IMG/VR virus record: IMGVR_UViG_3300023179_000074
Span: 14,320-78,319 of that record
Length of the DNA stretch: 64,000 nt
Reading direction: 5' to 3' (one strand)
Origin: a virus
This document shows positions 18,532 to 29,408 of the stretch, in pieces. The translations under genes were made by a program, and so were the position numbers. How positions within the stretch are numbered: position 1 is the stretch's first letter; every line of letters begins with the position of its first letter. The notes beneath the pieces were generated by a model. The model was not told where the DNA came from and searched no databases. It worked only from the letters and a program-made list of their open reading frames with translations.

Positions 18532-20132
18532 GCACTATTAGTATTTAAAAACAAATTATTATAGCTATACGTTTTTATGCACCGTAGTTCATTAAAATAT
18601 TCATTTCCTTTAAATATATGCTTTACTTGCACCACAAGATAAACACCCAGCATCTTGCTATCAAAATCACTGTAAACCATAGACCCATCTCTATCTATAC
18701 CTATAAAGACACCTGCAGTTCTGTGTGTTGAACCTGGTACTTTAAACGAAATAGTATTGTTTAAAAAGATAGAATTAAATAAAACTTCATTTCTACCATC
18801 GCTTAATCTTTGATCTCTATCTTCTATATTTGAAAAAACGTTTTTTATATTTTTTTGTAATAATCTATTTTGACCGGGAAAAAAATTAGGATACGCTGTA
18901 CCGTTAACACTGAGTTGATCAAACGGCTTAACATAATTCTCTGTATAAACATCAGTTATGTGTTTAATATCATTTTTTTCTAAGTCTATAGCAAATAATT
19001 TTTCTGTTTCACTATAACTGTGTACTGCGGTTGTACATATTTTTTGCTGTGTATACATACCTGGCATAGGATCGTAAACCATATTATTAATTGTACCGTA
19101 TTTGTCCAAAAATAATGCAATTTTTGGTGTAAAGCTTACCGGTTCTAGCAAATACTGTTCGTCTACATTAGAATACAATCCGAGTTTAAAAGTCTCATAA
19201 TATTCTGAACCACCAGCAATCTCTGTAGAATTATTGCTGTTATTACTTTTAATAGCTGATTCAAAAGTTTTCTTAAGACTGGTTAAACTAAATTCGTATT
19301 TATCTCTTCGTAACCTTAAAAAAGCTCTATCAAAATTACTATCTTCATCTGAAATATGTCTATCTAAAATATAAGTTAAAGTATCAATACCTTTAAACCG
19401 AGCAGGTGAAGAAAAGAAAATTTCTCTACTTCCTTCATCAAAGTTTTGATTAAAAGTAACTGTGTCATTTTCAGTATTAAAAAACTCATTTAAAAAATAT
19501 TTTATTGCTAGTCCTGTCTTAAGACTTCTTTCATCGTTACTTTGATTATTAATATTATCAGTGTCTATATATTTTGATGTAGTAAAATATGAATTTTTTT
19601 CTATTAAAGAATTATATGTCCAATCATGAAAGTATAGTTTTTTAAATTTTTGTCCAGGTTCTTCGCCTTGAATTTCTTCTGTATTATAAATAACAAAAGT
19701 TAAAGAAATTTTAAATGCATTATTTTCGGTATCCCCGGTAAAAAATTTTTCACTGAATTCAGACTCATCTAACTTCGGTAAAATATCTACTATAAGTAAA
19801 TCTCTACTATCACCTTTAAAAATAAACCCTTTACTTGGCTTAAATGACTCAGTAGCAGCTCCCTTCAATAAATTAGTGTTATCAAAATCAACCATTCGTT
19901 CAACTGCATCAAAAACATTATTAATAACAATATAACCTTTAGTATAAAAATCTGTAAAATTTTCTTCAATAACTAATGAATTTATAGAACCTATTTTAAG
20001 TTCCTGAAGCCTATCATCAGAAGAAAGCAATCTTATATTAAAATAATAAGGATTATTATTTATTGTATCGCTAAATTCATATTTTTTAGAATATAAATTA
20101 GAAATTTCAGCATTTGTAAATTGCGTGCTCAT
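18528..20132 (-). CDS. Baseplate hub protein (gp27/GpD-like)
   Basis: C-terminal ISFKVPGS...AGVFI...GVYLVVQVKHIF; synteny after gp53. Confidence 0.6.
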   Translation of the reverse strand: MSTQFTNAEISNLYSKKYEFSDTINNNPYYFNIRLLSSDDRLQELKIGSINSLVIEENFTDFYTKGYIVINNVFDAVERMVDFDNTNLLKGAATESFKPSKGFIFKGDSRDLLIVDILPKLDESEFSEKFFTGDTENNAFKISLTFVIYNTEEIQGEEPGQKFKKLYFHDWTYNSLIEKNSYFTTSKYIDTDNINNQSNDERSLKTGLAIKYFLNEFFNTENDTVTFNQNFDEGSREIFFSSPARFKGIDTLTYILDRHISDEDSNFDRAFLRLRRDKYEFSLTSLKKTFESAIKSNNSNNSTEIAGGSEYYETFKLGLYSNVDEQYLLEPVSFTPKIALFLDKYGTINNMVYDPMPGMYTQQKICTTAVHSYSETEKLFAIDLEKNDIKHITDVYTENYVKPFDQLSVNGTAYPNFFPGQNRLLQKNIKNVFSNIEDRDQRLSDGRNEVLFNSIFLNNTISFKVPGSTHRTAGVFIGIDRDGSMVYSDFDSKMLGVYLVVQVKHIFKGNEYFNELRCIKTYSYNNLFLNTNSA

Positions 20133-20498
20133 TTATTTTGTATTTAAATAATTTTTTATATCTTTTATAATGTCATTTACGTAAATAGACTTTATAACTC
20201 TTATTGACGCACCGGCTTTTACAAATTCCACAGGATTATAGATACTGTTAGCTAAACAAAGCAACCACCATAAATCTATAGTCTTATAAGCATTATAGCT
20301 TATAGAGGTCCAGGGCATTCTATTTGAGATAACCATATAATATACTTTTTCTTCGTCAATATTACTAGGTAAATATATAGATTGAATAAGATTGTAGTAA
20401 TAAAATTCGTTTTCTTTATATACTTTAAATATATTTTCATACCTAGTGCTATTTAGCTTAGGTAATTCTTTAATATTATTTTGAAAATTGCCTTCCAT
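20133..20498 (-). CDS. Baseplate wedge protein, gp53/LysM-like
   Basis: ISYNAYKTIDLWWLLCLANSIYNP. Confidence 0.75.
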   Translation of the reverse strand: MEGNFQNNIKELPKLNSTRYENIFKVYKENEFYYYNLIQSIYLPSNIDEEKVYYMVISNRMPWTSISYNAYKTIDLWWLLCLANSIYNPVEFVKAGASIRVIKSIYVNDIIKDIKNYLNTK

Positions 20499-20502
20499 AT
20501 AA

Positions 20503-21834
20503 TTATCTTGTATTTACATCTGCGGGCCTAAAAGGTGTATTGGCGCTGGGATTTGTTTGTTGTGGAATTAAACCTTGGAGAATAACATTTGCGTTTAATG
20601 AAGAGGTGGTTACTATAGGATTAGGGTTAATAAGTTCATACATAAAATTTTTCGTTTCAGCTAGTAGGCTTTTTAGTGTAACTCTTACCATGTAAGCATC
20701 AGGTACTATAGTAGTAATATTACGTGAAACTTCTCTGTTAGTAAAATCTCTTAAAGTTGTAGTAACAGGTGTTTGTGGTCCTACTTCATCATCTCTAAGT
20801 TGTCTTCCTGTTACATTTAGCTGTTGTATAACATTTAAATTATCAATAGTAGAGAGGCTAAGTGAAAGTTCTCTTCTAGATCCTTGAAATTCTATAGCAA
20901 TATTACTTATGTAACAAAAAGGTAAAAATTTTGACCCAGGAATAGATACTTGGTAAAGCACCGGGGGGTCTATTACTGAAACACTTCTTCGGGAAGGTTT
21001 GTTATTATATAAAAGTAAAAATAATAATTCCCAATTTCTTACAACATCTTCATAGCTAGCGCTTCCTGTATTAATTAAAGGAAAATTAAAGCTAAACTCT
21101 TCACCCTCCATAGGGTAATTATAAAGTTTAGCTTTTTCAACAAATGTTATATCAGCGGGATTTCTTAATGTATTAACAAAATCAGCAATACCCGTAAAAA
21201 ACTCAGCACCGGTTTTTACTAAACCTGAATAAGGTGTATTTGCATCACCAGAAAAAATATTTTGTTGAGCATTATAATAATTATCAAAATAGGGAAGAAT
21301 AAAATTCCAGCCTGTATCCTCCGTAATATATAAGTTTTGATACGGTTTTAAATAACTGTCTTTTCTGTTAAAAATCGAATTGTTATCTAGTGAGCTGGGA
21401 AGAAATCTGCCCAGTAATTCATTGGCTCCTCTTGAAACGCTATCTAACTGATCTGCAGAAGCGTTTAAAAAACTTAATGCAGGTCCTTGATTAGCTAAGT
21501 CTCTAAGGCCTCCGGATACACCGGCAGCAGACGCTCCAAATGAATATTTTAATTGAGAAATTAATGTATTTACTTTTAAACGCTTTTCTTGTAAAATAAT
21601 TTTAGGTACTTCTTCGCGTGCTTTTTCTCCTGTTTTTGAATAGGTCCAATAAAAATCCTGTACAACATTAACAGTTGTGCCGTTAACTACAGATCCATCA
21701 GAATTAGTAGCACCTCCATAAGAAGTATTACTCGGAGAAACTAAAAAAGGCGTTGAAACGTCTGTATCGTCTAATTTGCTTTTTGAAGCATCGCTAAAAT
21801 TTCTACTCTTAGAAATAGAAAATACGTGATTCAT
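20503..21834 (-). CDS. Putative baseplate tail-tube cap/initiator (gp48-like)
   Basis: Tube-fold-like FSFNFPL...PPVLYQV.IPG...FCYISNIAIEF; synteny. Confidence 0.45.
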   Translation of the reverse strand: MNHVFSISKSRNFSDASKSKLDDTDVSTPFLVSPSNTSYGGATNSDGSVVNGTTVNVVQDFYWTYSKTGEKAREEVPKIILQEKRLKVNTLISQLKYSFGASAAGVSGGLRDLANQGPALSFLNASADQLDSVSRGANELLGRFLPSSLDNNSIFNRKDSYLKPYQNLYITEDTGWNFILPYFDNYYNAQQNIFSGDANTPYSGLVKTGAEFFTGIADFVNTLRNPADITFVEKAKLYNYPMEGEEFSFNFPLINTGSASYEDVVRNWELLFLLLYNNKPSRRSVSVIDPPVLYQVSIPGSKFLPFCYISNIAIEFQGSRRELSLSLSTIDNLNVIQQLNVTGRQLRDDEVGPQTPVTTTLRDFTNREVSRNITTIVPDAYMVRVTLKSLLAETKNFMYELINPNPIVTTSSLNANVILQGLIPQQTNPSANTPFRPADVNTR

Positions 21835-21845
21835 AATATTACTTA

Positions 21846-23906
21846 TTAAGCGTTAACTAGGTCAGCCCTATATTCAAAATTAGAAACCGTTTTATCTGTT
21901 AAAACAAAATTACGTGAATTATTGCTTATAATTGTAGGGGCCTTAGATGAAGTTGAACTAACCATAAAAGCTTCAAGATTTTTATTTAGTACTTGATCCA
22001 TCTTAAACATAGATTCATAAAATCTTAGTTGCTTGGCAAATAATTCTTTTACATCTTCTAATTCTTTTAGCATCTTCTGCTGAATATTTGCTTGATCATC
22101 TTTTTTCTTTACATCGTCCATTTTATTTTCTACGGGCTTAGCTTCATTAAGCTTGAAAAAATCATTATCTATTTGTTGAGAGCCTGCTTCATTTATTGCT
22201 TTTCTTGTTTGTTGTTGTAATTCAACACTTTTTTCCAAAGATTCAATTCTTTTACTTCTATCTTTATCACTACCAAACATGTCCTTGTAAATTTCTCTTG
22301 ATCCGCTCATTATAAAAGTACCTGCGCTTGATAATACTCCTGTCACAATTCCATATAACACAGACGCTGTTAAAGGTTGTCCAAAAAACGGAGTGCCGGG
22401 TATTGCTGATGTCGCCAAGCCTACAACACTACCCGCAGCGGTTCCATATGTACCGCCTTTTAATGTATCGGTTAATACTTTTTTGTTAGGATCTTTTTCT
22501 TCCTTTATTTTTTTCTTAAGTCTTTTTTCTTCTTCTTGAGATTCTTTATATTGCATCGAATAAGATTCAGGATCTTCATAATCTAATCCTTCTTTTCTAT
22601 CTAATGCAGCGGGTTTAGAGTATTTGTTAGGGCCAGTAAAAGCTTTATAAATTGCTTTAAGAGTGTTTATAGGACCATCCGCTGAGCTTATTAAATAAAT
22701 ATCATCCATTATTTCTCTTGCAGCTCTTAGACCATCAGAAAGCCCGGGGGCATATTTGTCTAAAATAGCAAACCCTTTTGAAGCTGCTGCTGTATCTTTA
22801 CTAAAAATTAAAGATATGGCATTACCAATATCAACAATTGTAGAAATAACATTGTTTATGGATTCAGAAATTTCAGTAAAAACTGAATTAAAAATATCTC
22901 CTAAATTTATATCTTTAATTTCTTTACTAGTATCTTTTCCCGCTTGCCATACAAAAGCTTTTTCGGTAAGCATTTTAATAAATCCTGTTATTTTAGAAAC
23001 AGAGGGAAAATAAACTTCTATTTGATTTAATAACCCTATTACATCATCAAAGTTTATACCCGAGCCTTTAACTGCTACTTGATATAGCTGTACAAATATT
23101 TTACCAATTTTTTCAAAAAAGTCTGTAATTCCAATAAACGCGCCCTCTAATCCTTTAGTTAAATTTTGAAAGAGTTGCTCCATAGTAAAGTCAATACCAA
23201 ACATACTAAACTTTTTACTTTTATCCCCTCCCATATCATAATCTTGTAAGAGACGTTGTTTAGTAGTACCGAAAAACTGAGCTATAAATTCTGCACCTGG
23301 TATTGCAAACGCAAGATATTTTAAACCTTTACTCACATCACCACGAGCAATTAATCTAAACCCATCAAAAGCATCGATCAGACGCCCTACAAACGGTATG
23401 CTTCTAATAAACTCTTTATACTCTAATCCTTTTTTATTGAATACGCTTGTTAAGTTCTTCAAACTACTCATTACCGAGCCTTGTTTAAACTGCTCAAATA
23501 ATTTTTTAACTACTGGTATTTTTTCAACGCCAAAGGCTAAACCAGCGACACCACCGAGCAATAATAGTATAGGGCTTAGAAATTTAAAAATAGATCCGGA
23601 TTCTTTTTTCTGTGATAATTTTATTTCTTTTAAAATAGCGCTATATTTTTCCGATTGATCTAAGGACTGTAGTTGTTTTTGTGCCTTTCTTGAAAATTCT
23701 ATTTGTTTAGGCTCGCTTTCTTTACGTTCTTTTCTAGCATCTTCTGCTCTTTGTATTTTGTATCTATCGTCATCTAATGAAAATCTTTTATCTAGCACTG
23801 CTTGAATTTTCTCTAAAGATTTATATTGCTGTAAGCTTGAAGCTTTTAGATCTTCAAAACCTTTACCAAAAACAGTAATCAACTGTTCATTAGATAACTC
23901 TTCCAT
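21846..23906 (-). CDS. Putative tape-measure protein (gp29-like)
   Basis: 686-aa helical protein with hydrophobic Gly/Ala segments, in the tail module. Confidence 0.5.
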   Translation of the reverse strand: MEELSNEQLITVFGKGFEDLKASSLQQYKSLEKIQAVLDKRFSLDDDRYKIQRAEDARKERKESEPKQIEFSRKAQKQLQSLDQSEKYSAILKEIKLSQKKESGSIFKFLSPILLLLGGVAGLAFGVEKIPVVKKLFEQFKQGSVMSSLKNLTSVFNKKGLEYKEFIRSIPFVGRLIDAFDGFRLIARGDVSKGLKYLAFAIPGAEFIAQFFGTTKQRLLQDYDMGGDKSKKFSMFGIDFTMEQLFQNLTKGLEGAFIGITDFFEKIGKIFVQLYQVAVKGSGINFDDVIGLLNQIEVYFPSVSKITGFIKMLTEKAFVWQAGKDTSKEIKDINLGDIFNSVFTEISESINNVISTIVDIGNAISLIFSKDTAAASKGFAILDKYAPGLSDGLRAAREIMDDIYLISSADGPINTLKAIYKAFTGPNKYSKPAALDRKEGLDYEDPESYSMQYKESQEEEKRLKKKIKEEKDPNKKVLTDTLKGGTYGTAAGSVVGLATSAIPGTPFFGQPLTASVLYGIVTGVLSSAGTFIMSGSREIYKDMFGSDKDRSKRIESLEKSVELQQQTRKAINEAGSQQIDNDFFKLNEAKPVENKMDDVKKKDDQANIQQKMLKELEDVKELFAKQLRFYESMFKMDQVLNKNLEAFMVSSTSSKAPTIISNNSRNFVLTDKTVSNFEYRADLVNA

Positions 23907-23929
23907 TAATAATATTTAAGAGATATTAT

Positions 23930-24682
23930 TTAAATTGAAAAAAATGATCCGTCTACTTCCAGGTTTTGCCCGTTAATTTGTGTAAACTTGCTTTCTATAT
24001 CTCTATACTGTTTAATAAATTCTAAAATGTTGTTAGTCAAGGTTGAAGGGAACTTTTCTATAACTTTTATTTGTTCAGGTACAGCGGTAGAAGAAAATTC
24101 TAATGAAAGAGGTTTTTCGCCTTCAAAAGAAACAGATTTTATAAACTTAGATATCTCTTGAACGAACAATTCACCAATAATATTCTTAAAATCTTTATCT
24201 TCTGTTTGTTTTAGATTATCTAAACTAAATTGACTTAATTTTAAATCAACATCAAGACGAGGTGCTTGAAGAATGACCTTTAAATTATTAAGTTCAATTA
24301 CTTTTTCTGTATTAAACTCAGTAGAAATGTTAGGGTATTCTTTTACTTTATCAAATAAATTAATTTTATTTTCATTTAAAGTATAGTTAGCATCTAAGCA
24401 GTGTGCTCTTAAAGCAATAGCTATTGCTGTTCTATCAAAAGTATAAAGATCATTTATCTTTATATCGTCGAGTATATTTTCTTTTAAAATACTGTAGAAA
24501 TTAATAATAAATGATAATTTAGTTAAAGTTTCATCAATAGAAGTTTTTAATAAATTTTTTTGTTGTCTTAATGTAATATTTTTAATTTTGACTTCTTTTT
24601 TTAAGGAAGGAACAAAAACAGAAATTGAGTTTGTTTTATTTAGTTCTTCCAATTGTCGTAACAGTTCTGCAGAATTACTCAT
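23930..24682 (-). CDS. Baseplate hub assembly protein (gp26-like)
   Basis: VFVPSLKKEVKIKNITLRQQKNLL...TFDR..IAIALR. Confidence 0.55.
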   Translation of the reverse strand: MSNSAELLRQLEELNKTNSISVFVPSLKKEVKIKNITLRQQKNLLKTSIDETLTKLSFIINFYSILKENILDDIKINDLYTFDRTAIAIALRAHCLDANYTLNENKINLFDKVKEYPNISTEFNTEKVIELNNLKVILQAPRLDVDLKLSQFSLDNLKQTEDKDFKNIIGELFVQEISKFIKSVSFEGEKPLSLEFSSTAVPEQIKVIEKFPSTLTNNILEFIKQYRDIESKFTQINGQNLEVDGSFFSI

Positions 24683-25544
24683 TATGGGTATTTAGGTTAG
24701 AAGAAGGGAGATTCAAGTTATTACCTTTTTGTTGTTTATTTTTATCTTCTATATCTTTCTTAAAGATATTCATAAAAACATTTAATTCAGCAGGCGTGGA
24801 ATTATAAAGTAAGTCATAAGTTAAATTTGCTTTTGAAATAAAAAAATATTCAAATTCGTATAGTGATAATAAATCTCTTTTAAATAGAATTTTTAAAAAT
24901 TCAATAATAGTATTATCTTTTAAAGAAAGAGGCAGTTCTATTTTTTCACTATCACCAAAACTTATTTGAATTAAAAATATTTTAGATAAATTTTCATGTA
25001 TTTTGTCAAAAAAGTCTTTTGCATATTTTAAAGTAGTGGTAGGAAGTATTTCTAAAATTTTCATATCATCGACTTGATAGGTGTTATTATCTACTGTCAC
25101 ATTTTGAATAGTAGAAAGATATTGTTCTTCCAGTGTATTTAAAAAGAGTTTAGAAGTTAAAGAAAAATTAATTTTTACGTTTTCAATAGTTTGTATTTCA
25201 TTAATTTCTGTATCAAAATTTTGAAGTTTTTCTAAAAGTTTAGTAAGATCTATAGAAATTAATTGCTGTTTTTTATTTTTATCTTGAATATTAAATTCTA
25301 GTACCGGGCTAATGCAGATTATTCTTAACACTAGTAAAATAATTAATTTTTCTAAGAAATTAAAATTATTAAAATTGTTATTCGAATGAGTAGCAATTAG
25401 ATTATCTAAAAACTCGCAAATATCGAGATTATTGTTATTAAGAATAGTTTTTGCTAAATTTTTATATGTTTTGTATTTTATTTCTCTAAAATTAAAATAT
25501 TCTTTTCTGTTTTTTAAAAAAACTTTTATATTAAAGTCTTCCAC
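24675..25544 (-). CDS. Baseplate hub assembly protein (gp26/gp51-like)
   Basis: Similar N-terminal pattern to the neighbour and a gp51-like C-terminal TPAELNVF; synteny. Confidence 0.4.
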   Translation of the reverse strand: MEDFNIKVFLKNRKEYFNFREIKYKTYKNLAKTILNNNNLDICEFLDNLIATHSNNNFNNFNFLEKLIILLVLRIICISPVLEFNIQDKNKKQQLISIDLTKLLEKLQNFDTEINEIQTIENVKINFSLTSKLFLNTLEEQYLSTIQNVTVDNNTYQVDDMKILEILPTTTLKYAKDFFDKIHENLSKIFLIQISFGDSEKIELPLSLKDNTIIEFLKILFKRDLLSLYEFEYFFISKANLTYDLLYNSTPAELNVFMNIFKKDIEDKNKQQKGNNLNLPSSNLNTHNE

Positions 25545-25564
25545 GGAACTATTTAAAACAAAAA

Positions 25565-26473
25565 TTATAAAAATCCAAGTGGATTTATACTACCAATACC
25601 ATTTTGAAAGCTTGTAATTCTAGGTATTTCTCCGTTTGAAATTCTATTAACTATATCAGCAATAGGAAGATATAAGTTATTTTCAACCGTATAATTTGAG
25701 TATGTCCATCTAGTAGAATAAGTTGTAAGTTTATCATCTGTATAATCTAAGTTTTGTTCAGAAACTTGAAAGGGCACACAGTTGTAAAAATTAAAAACCT
25801 TTCGAGGAATCATAGATATACTATGATATGTTCTTGTATATTCCAATAAAGTCATATTAACTTTCATATTTTTAAACCCTCTTCTTCCCCTTACGTCATC
25901 GGGACGTGCTGTCATACCGTAATGCGATGCTAAAATAACCCATGGTCTTATTACAAAATCAATAAAAGAAGTATTTGTTTCTCTAAAATCAATTACCAGA
26001 TTAGGTGGTTCTGTGGATCTACCGCTACCTAAAATACCGGGTAAAAATCCTCTATTATTATTTACGGATACTGATGTCACATCATATTGTTCAGTGGGAA
26101 CAGTTATTTGATGTGCAAATAGACATCCTATCACACGCTGAAGGGGGTAACTATTAAGTATTGTAACAGCGCTATTTATATCATATCCTTTTTTAGCACC
26201 GTCTGTTCTTTCTAATCCTTGAATAACACTAGTTCTTAAAGCTGCAGGGTAATTATCAATTACAATAATCCATTGTGAGGAGTTAGGAATCGAGGTAAAC
26301 CACGATTCCATTTGAAACAGAAAATAATCTCTTACACTAACTATTGGAACACCGGGTATATTAAACCCAAAAAGATTAGTTACTTGGGGGGCAAATAAAG
26401 GATTAGTGCCTGTAGCTAGCCCTGTGAAATTATTACCTAAAGCATTTAATGCATTAGTAAATGGATTGTTCAC
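25565..26473 (-). CDS. Tail tube-like protein (gp54/gp19 fold)
   Basis: LVIDFRETN..FIDFVIRPW...FNFYNCVP; follows gp19. Confidence 0.55.
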   Translation of the reverse strand: MNNPFTNALNALGNNFTGLATGTNPLFAPQVTNLFGFNIPGVPIVSVRDYFLFQMESWFTSIPNSSQWIIVIDNYPAALRTSVIQGLERTDGAKKGYDINSAVTILNSYPLQRVIGCLFAHQITVPTEQYDVTSVSVNNNRGFLPGILGSGRSTEPPNLVIDFRETNTSFIDFVIRPWVILASHYGMTARPDDVRGRRGFKNMKVNMTLLEYTRTYHSISMIPRKVFNFYNCVPFQVSEQNLDYTDDKLTTYSTRWTYSNYTVENNLYLPIADIVNRISNGEIPRITSFQNGIGSINPLGFL

Positions 26474-26499
26474 CTAAATATTTAGGTAAAAAAGGTTAT

Positions 26500-27048
26500 T
26501 TAGGATAATTTTCTCCAATAATGAAACGAAACTGTAGCAGTAAATTCTATTGTGTTACCGGTGCCTTCTGCGATATTGTAAGCTAAAGGGCCTACGCTTC
26601 TAACTGATACACCTACCAATTGATACTGACCTACCTTGTTCATTTGATTATCAAGCTGAACTAAATCAATAATAGCTGTTTGCTTTGGAGCAAAATAGTT
26701 ACCGGTAGAATTAGAGTCATCAAATATATCGGTAGACCATTGCTCGAATTTTTGTCTTATTTGTGAATTTGCATCAGCATAAAATGTTAAGGTGTAAGCT
26801 TCACTTCCCGGGTATGTTGCATTACCGGGGAGATTAAAATTTAACCCCATATAAGGTACCGGAATATTTGTTATGGCCCTCTCAGGAAGAGTAGCTGTTT
26901 TTACATATACTAAATCATTCTCGTCAAATGTAACTGTACTGGCTCCTCCGGTGTTAATCGAGAGTACTCTAAAATTAAAATCGCGTGCAAACTCTCTAGT
27001 TGCTGCTACTCTGTAAAAGTCGGTTATAAGTTGATTTACATCTGCCAT
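26500..27048 (-). CDS. Tail tube protein gp19
   Basis: TATLPERAITNIPVPYMG...PG..TLTFY.D...IRQKFEQW; follows the sheath gene. Confidence 0.85.
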   Translation of the reverse strand: MADVNQLITDFYRVAATREFARDFNFRVLSINTGGASTVTFDENDLVYVKTATLPERAITNIPVPYMGLNFNLPGNATYPGSEAYTLTFYADANSQIRQKFEQWSTDIFDDSNSTGNYFAPKQTAIIDLVQLDNQMNKVGQYQLVGVSVRSVGPLAYNIAEGTGNTIEFTATVSFHYWRKLS

Positions 27049-27053
27049 AAAAT

Positions 27054-27059
27054 TATTTA
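27054..27059 (-). promoter_or_regulatory. Late promoter of the tail tube gene
   Basis: TAAATA-N5-ATG. Confidence 0.8.
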
Positions 27060-27072
27060 TTCCTTAAATTGG

Positions 27073-29367
27073 TTATGTAATAATCTCCTGGAAATTTGTA
27101 CCGGTTCTAGTTGCGTAGAAGTTGCAAAGTATATACTCTGCAGTACGTACCGGTTTAATATAGATATCAACTACCAAAGTATTATCATCTATAACTTCAG
27201 GTGGGTTATTTCTCTCGTCACATATAATAAGATAATCATAAATTCCTTGTGTATTTTTTGCATTATCAAATATAGGTGTAATTGTATTTAAAACCTGTGT
27301 GCGGGTAAATAATGTATTCGGTTCAAAAACAAAGTACTTGATAGTATCTCTTGTAGATGATTCGAGACTCAAGAACAGTCTGCGAACATTAATACGATCA
27401 AATGCGCTTGGTTTCTTTTGTAGCGTTTTTTGCCCGAAGATTACAAACCCTTCTGCTGGGAAGAACGTTACAGGGTTAAGACTTGCTTTGTAAAGCTGAT
27501 CGCGTTGTTTTTGCTTAGGATAAATTGCGATATCATTTACACCGGCTAAAATACCGCGAGTAAACCCAGCTGGTGCATACCATGGCTGATAATTACTATC
27601 AGTATTTGCCATTGCAGCTGCAGCAAAGCCAGAGAAAGGTACCCAAACATCTTCAGATGAAGCAACATCAGTTACTTTAGCACAATTTGCAAATGTACAG
27701 GCATAACTAGTATTAATACCAGCAAATTGATTCTTCAGCGGCCAGTAAATATTATTAGAGAATGTATTTGTAGGTAAATCCAAGGTCTTTACATTAGAGC
27801 CCTGCACAAATATATTTGTAATTGGATCAGCTATAAAGATAAGATCTTTTCTATTGTTGGCGAGCGCTATAAACGTATTAGCAACTGCATTATAGCGTGT
27901 TATTGCAACTGGTGTGACACTAGCATTTTGTGACGTCAGCGAATTGACCATAGAATCGTAAGGTACACTATCATCAAAATAATTTAAAGTACGTGGGTTA
28001 AACGAATTTACATATACTGTACCTAAGCCGGCCTCAACTGCGATATTAATTGGAAATAGATCTGTGTTATTAACTTTATCTAAAGCTATCGAAAGCTTAG
28101 TAGGTAGCGTTCCAATTTCCTTGGTTGCAAGATCTTGATCATTATAATCGCCTAGTGCGACTAATGAATCAGTGCTCCCGTAATCAGCAATTAAGCTCTG
28201 TACTACAGCAGATGGTGCCCCTACTCTCTCTTCATATTCTGCTTCTGTCTCGCCAGCAAGTGGGGAAGACATTGGCGTACTTAAAAATCTTGCTTTTTTC
28301 TTTGGAACACCATTAGAATCTAGCCATGTAACACTGTTTTTACTGGAAATATTAGGATTTACAATAACAGTAACGTTAGCAGAAGCATTATCAATTTGCT
28401 CAATATAAAAACTCGTTGCTGGGCCACCGTTTTCGTTATTTATTTGACGATGATAATCTAGAGACCCTACATATCCCTCTTGAAAGACATAATCTAAAGT
28501 AATTGTATCAGGAGAATAAACTGATTGACGTAATTTAAATACACCAACAGTTATTGTATCATTATACTGATTAGTAGAGATATCAAAGTTCGAAACATTT
28601 TCCATTACTTCGGAAACACTTCCAGACGCACCACCGGGTGTAGCGGAGAGAGGAAAGTTTAAACGTACACCGGGGAGAGAAATATATGCATTACCAGAAA
28701 TAGTAGATGCATTAGTATTAATAGAAAGTATGCTATTAACATTATCAAAATTTGTAGCAGGGTTTAAGTTAGTATTATCGATAATCCCTACATATGTACC
28801 TTCATATTTGGTATTAATTGTTGTTTGAGCCTTGTTTAAAACAAGGAGACCGGCACCTGCAAACGAAGCAACCGAATTAAAAGAATTGGGTGCACCAGCA
28901 GTAGATGACCACGAATATGCATCCCCGCGTAGTATTGATAAATATTGAGCTTGTGTAAGTTTTACATGTGTCGGTTTACCAAAGAAATAAGTTCCAGTGG
29001 GTGAAACAGTTAAAGAAGTAGAGCTTGCACCATTTACATAAGTTACAACAGGGTAGACGAGGGCAGAATAATCATCAGTATAATCTAATCCTGCGCCGGC
29101 ACCATAAGGAAGTCTGTAAACTACAACGCTAGCGGGGGACTGAAGCACTGCTTTAGTTGTGTGATAAAAATATCTTTCAGCAGCATTTGTTGGCACTCCA
29201 AAGACCTGTTCAAATTCAGAAAGAGATGCAATGCTAATTGGTTCGGATGTAGGTCCTTTTTCGGCAAAGCCTGGAATAAAAACAGTAGTCGGTGGCGTCC
29301 CCGCTGCGCCTAACGAAAGATCTACTTCACTAATTTGAACACCGGGGCTTTGAATTGTACGTGCCAT
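27073..29367 (-). CDS. Contractile tail sheath protein gp18
   Basis: SPGVQISEVDLS, WYAPAGFTRG, FGQKTLQ...FDRINVRRLF, FEPN. Confidence 0.95.
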   Translation of the reverse strand: MARTIQSPGVQISEVDLSLGAAGTPPTTVFIPGFAEKGPTSEPISIASLSEFEQVFGVPTNAAERYFYHTTKAVLQSPASVVVYRLPYGAGAGLDYTDDYSALVYPVVTYVNGASSTSLTVSPTGTYFFGKPTHVKLTQAQYLSILRGDAYSWSSTAGAPNSFNSVASFAGAGLLVLNKAQTTINTKYEGTYVGIIDNTNLNPATNFDNVNSILSINTNASTISGNAYISLPGVRLNFPLSATPGGASGSVSEVMENVSNFDISTNQYNDTITVGVFKLRQSVYSPDTITLDYVFQEGYVGSLDYHRQINNENGGPATSFYIEQIDNASANVTVIVNPNISSKNSVTWLDSNGVPKKKARFLSTPMSSPLAGETEAEYEERVGAPSAVVQSLIADYGSTDSLVALGDYNDQDLATKEIGTLPTKLSIALDKVNNTDLFPINIAVEAGLGTVYVNSFNPRTLNYFDDSVPYDSMVNSLTSQNASVTPVAITRYNAVANTFIALANNRKDLIFIADPITNIFVQGSNVKTLDLPTNTFSNNIYWPLKNQFAGINTSYACTFANCAKVTDVASSEDVWVPFSGFAAAAMANTDSNYQPWYAPAGFTRGILAGVNDIAIYPKQKQRDQLYKASLNPVTFFPAEGFVIFGQKTLQKKPSAFDRINVRRLFLSLESSTRDTIKYFVFEPNTLFTRTQVLNTITPIFDNAKNTQGIYDYLIICDERNNPPEVIDDNTLVVDIYIKPVRTAEYILCNFYATRTGTNFQEIIT

Positions 29368-29373
29368 ATAAAG

Positions 29374-29379
29374 TATTTA
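29374..29379 (-). promoter_or_regulatory. gp55-type late promoter TAAATA of the tail sheath gene (representative of about 26 copies)
   Basis: TAAATA-N6-ATG; core of the T4 late consensus TATAAATA; gp55 is encoded in the window. Confidence 0.8.
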
Positions 29380-29408
29380 TTGTTTTTTGGATTAAACTTT
29401 TTAATTTT

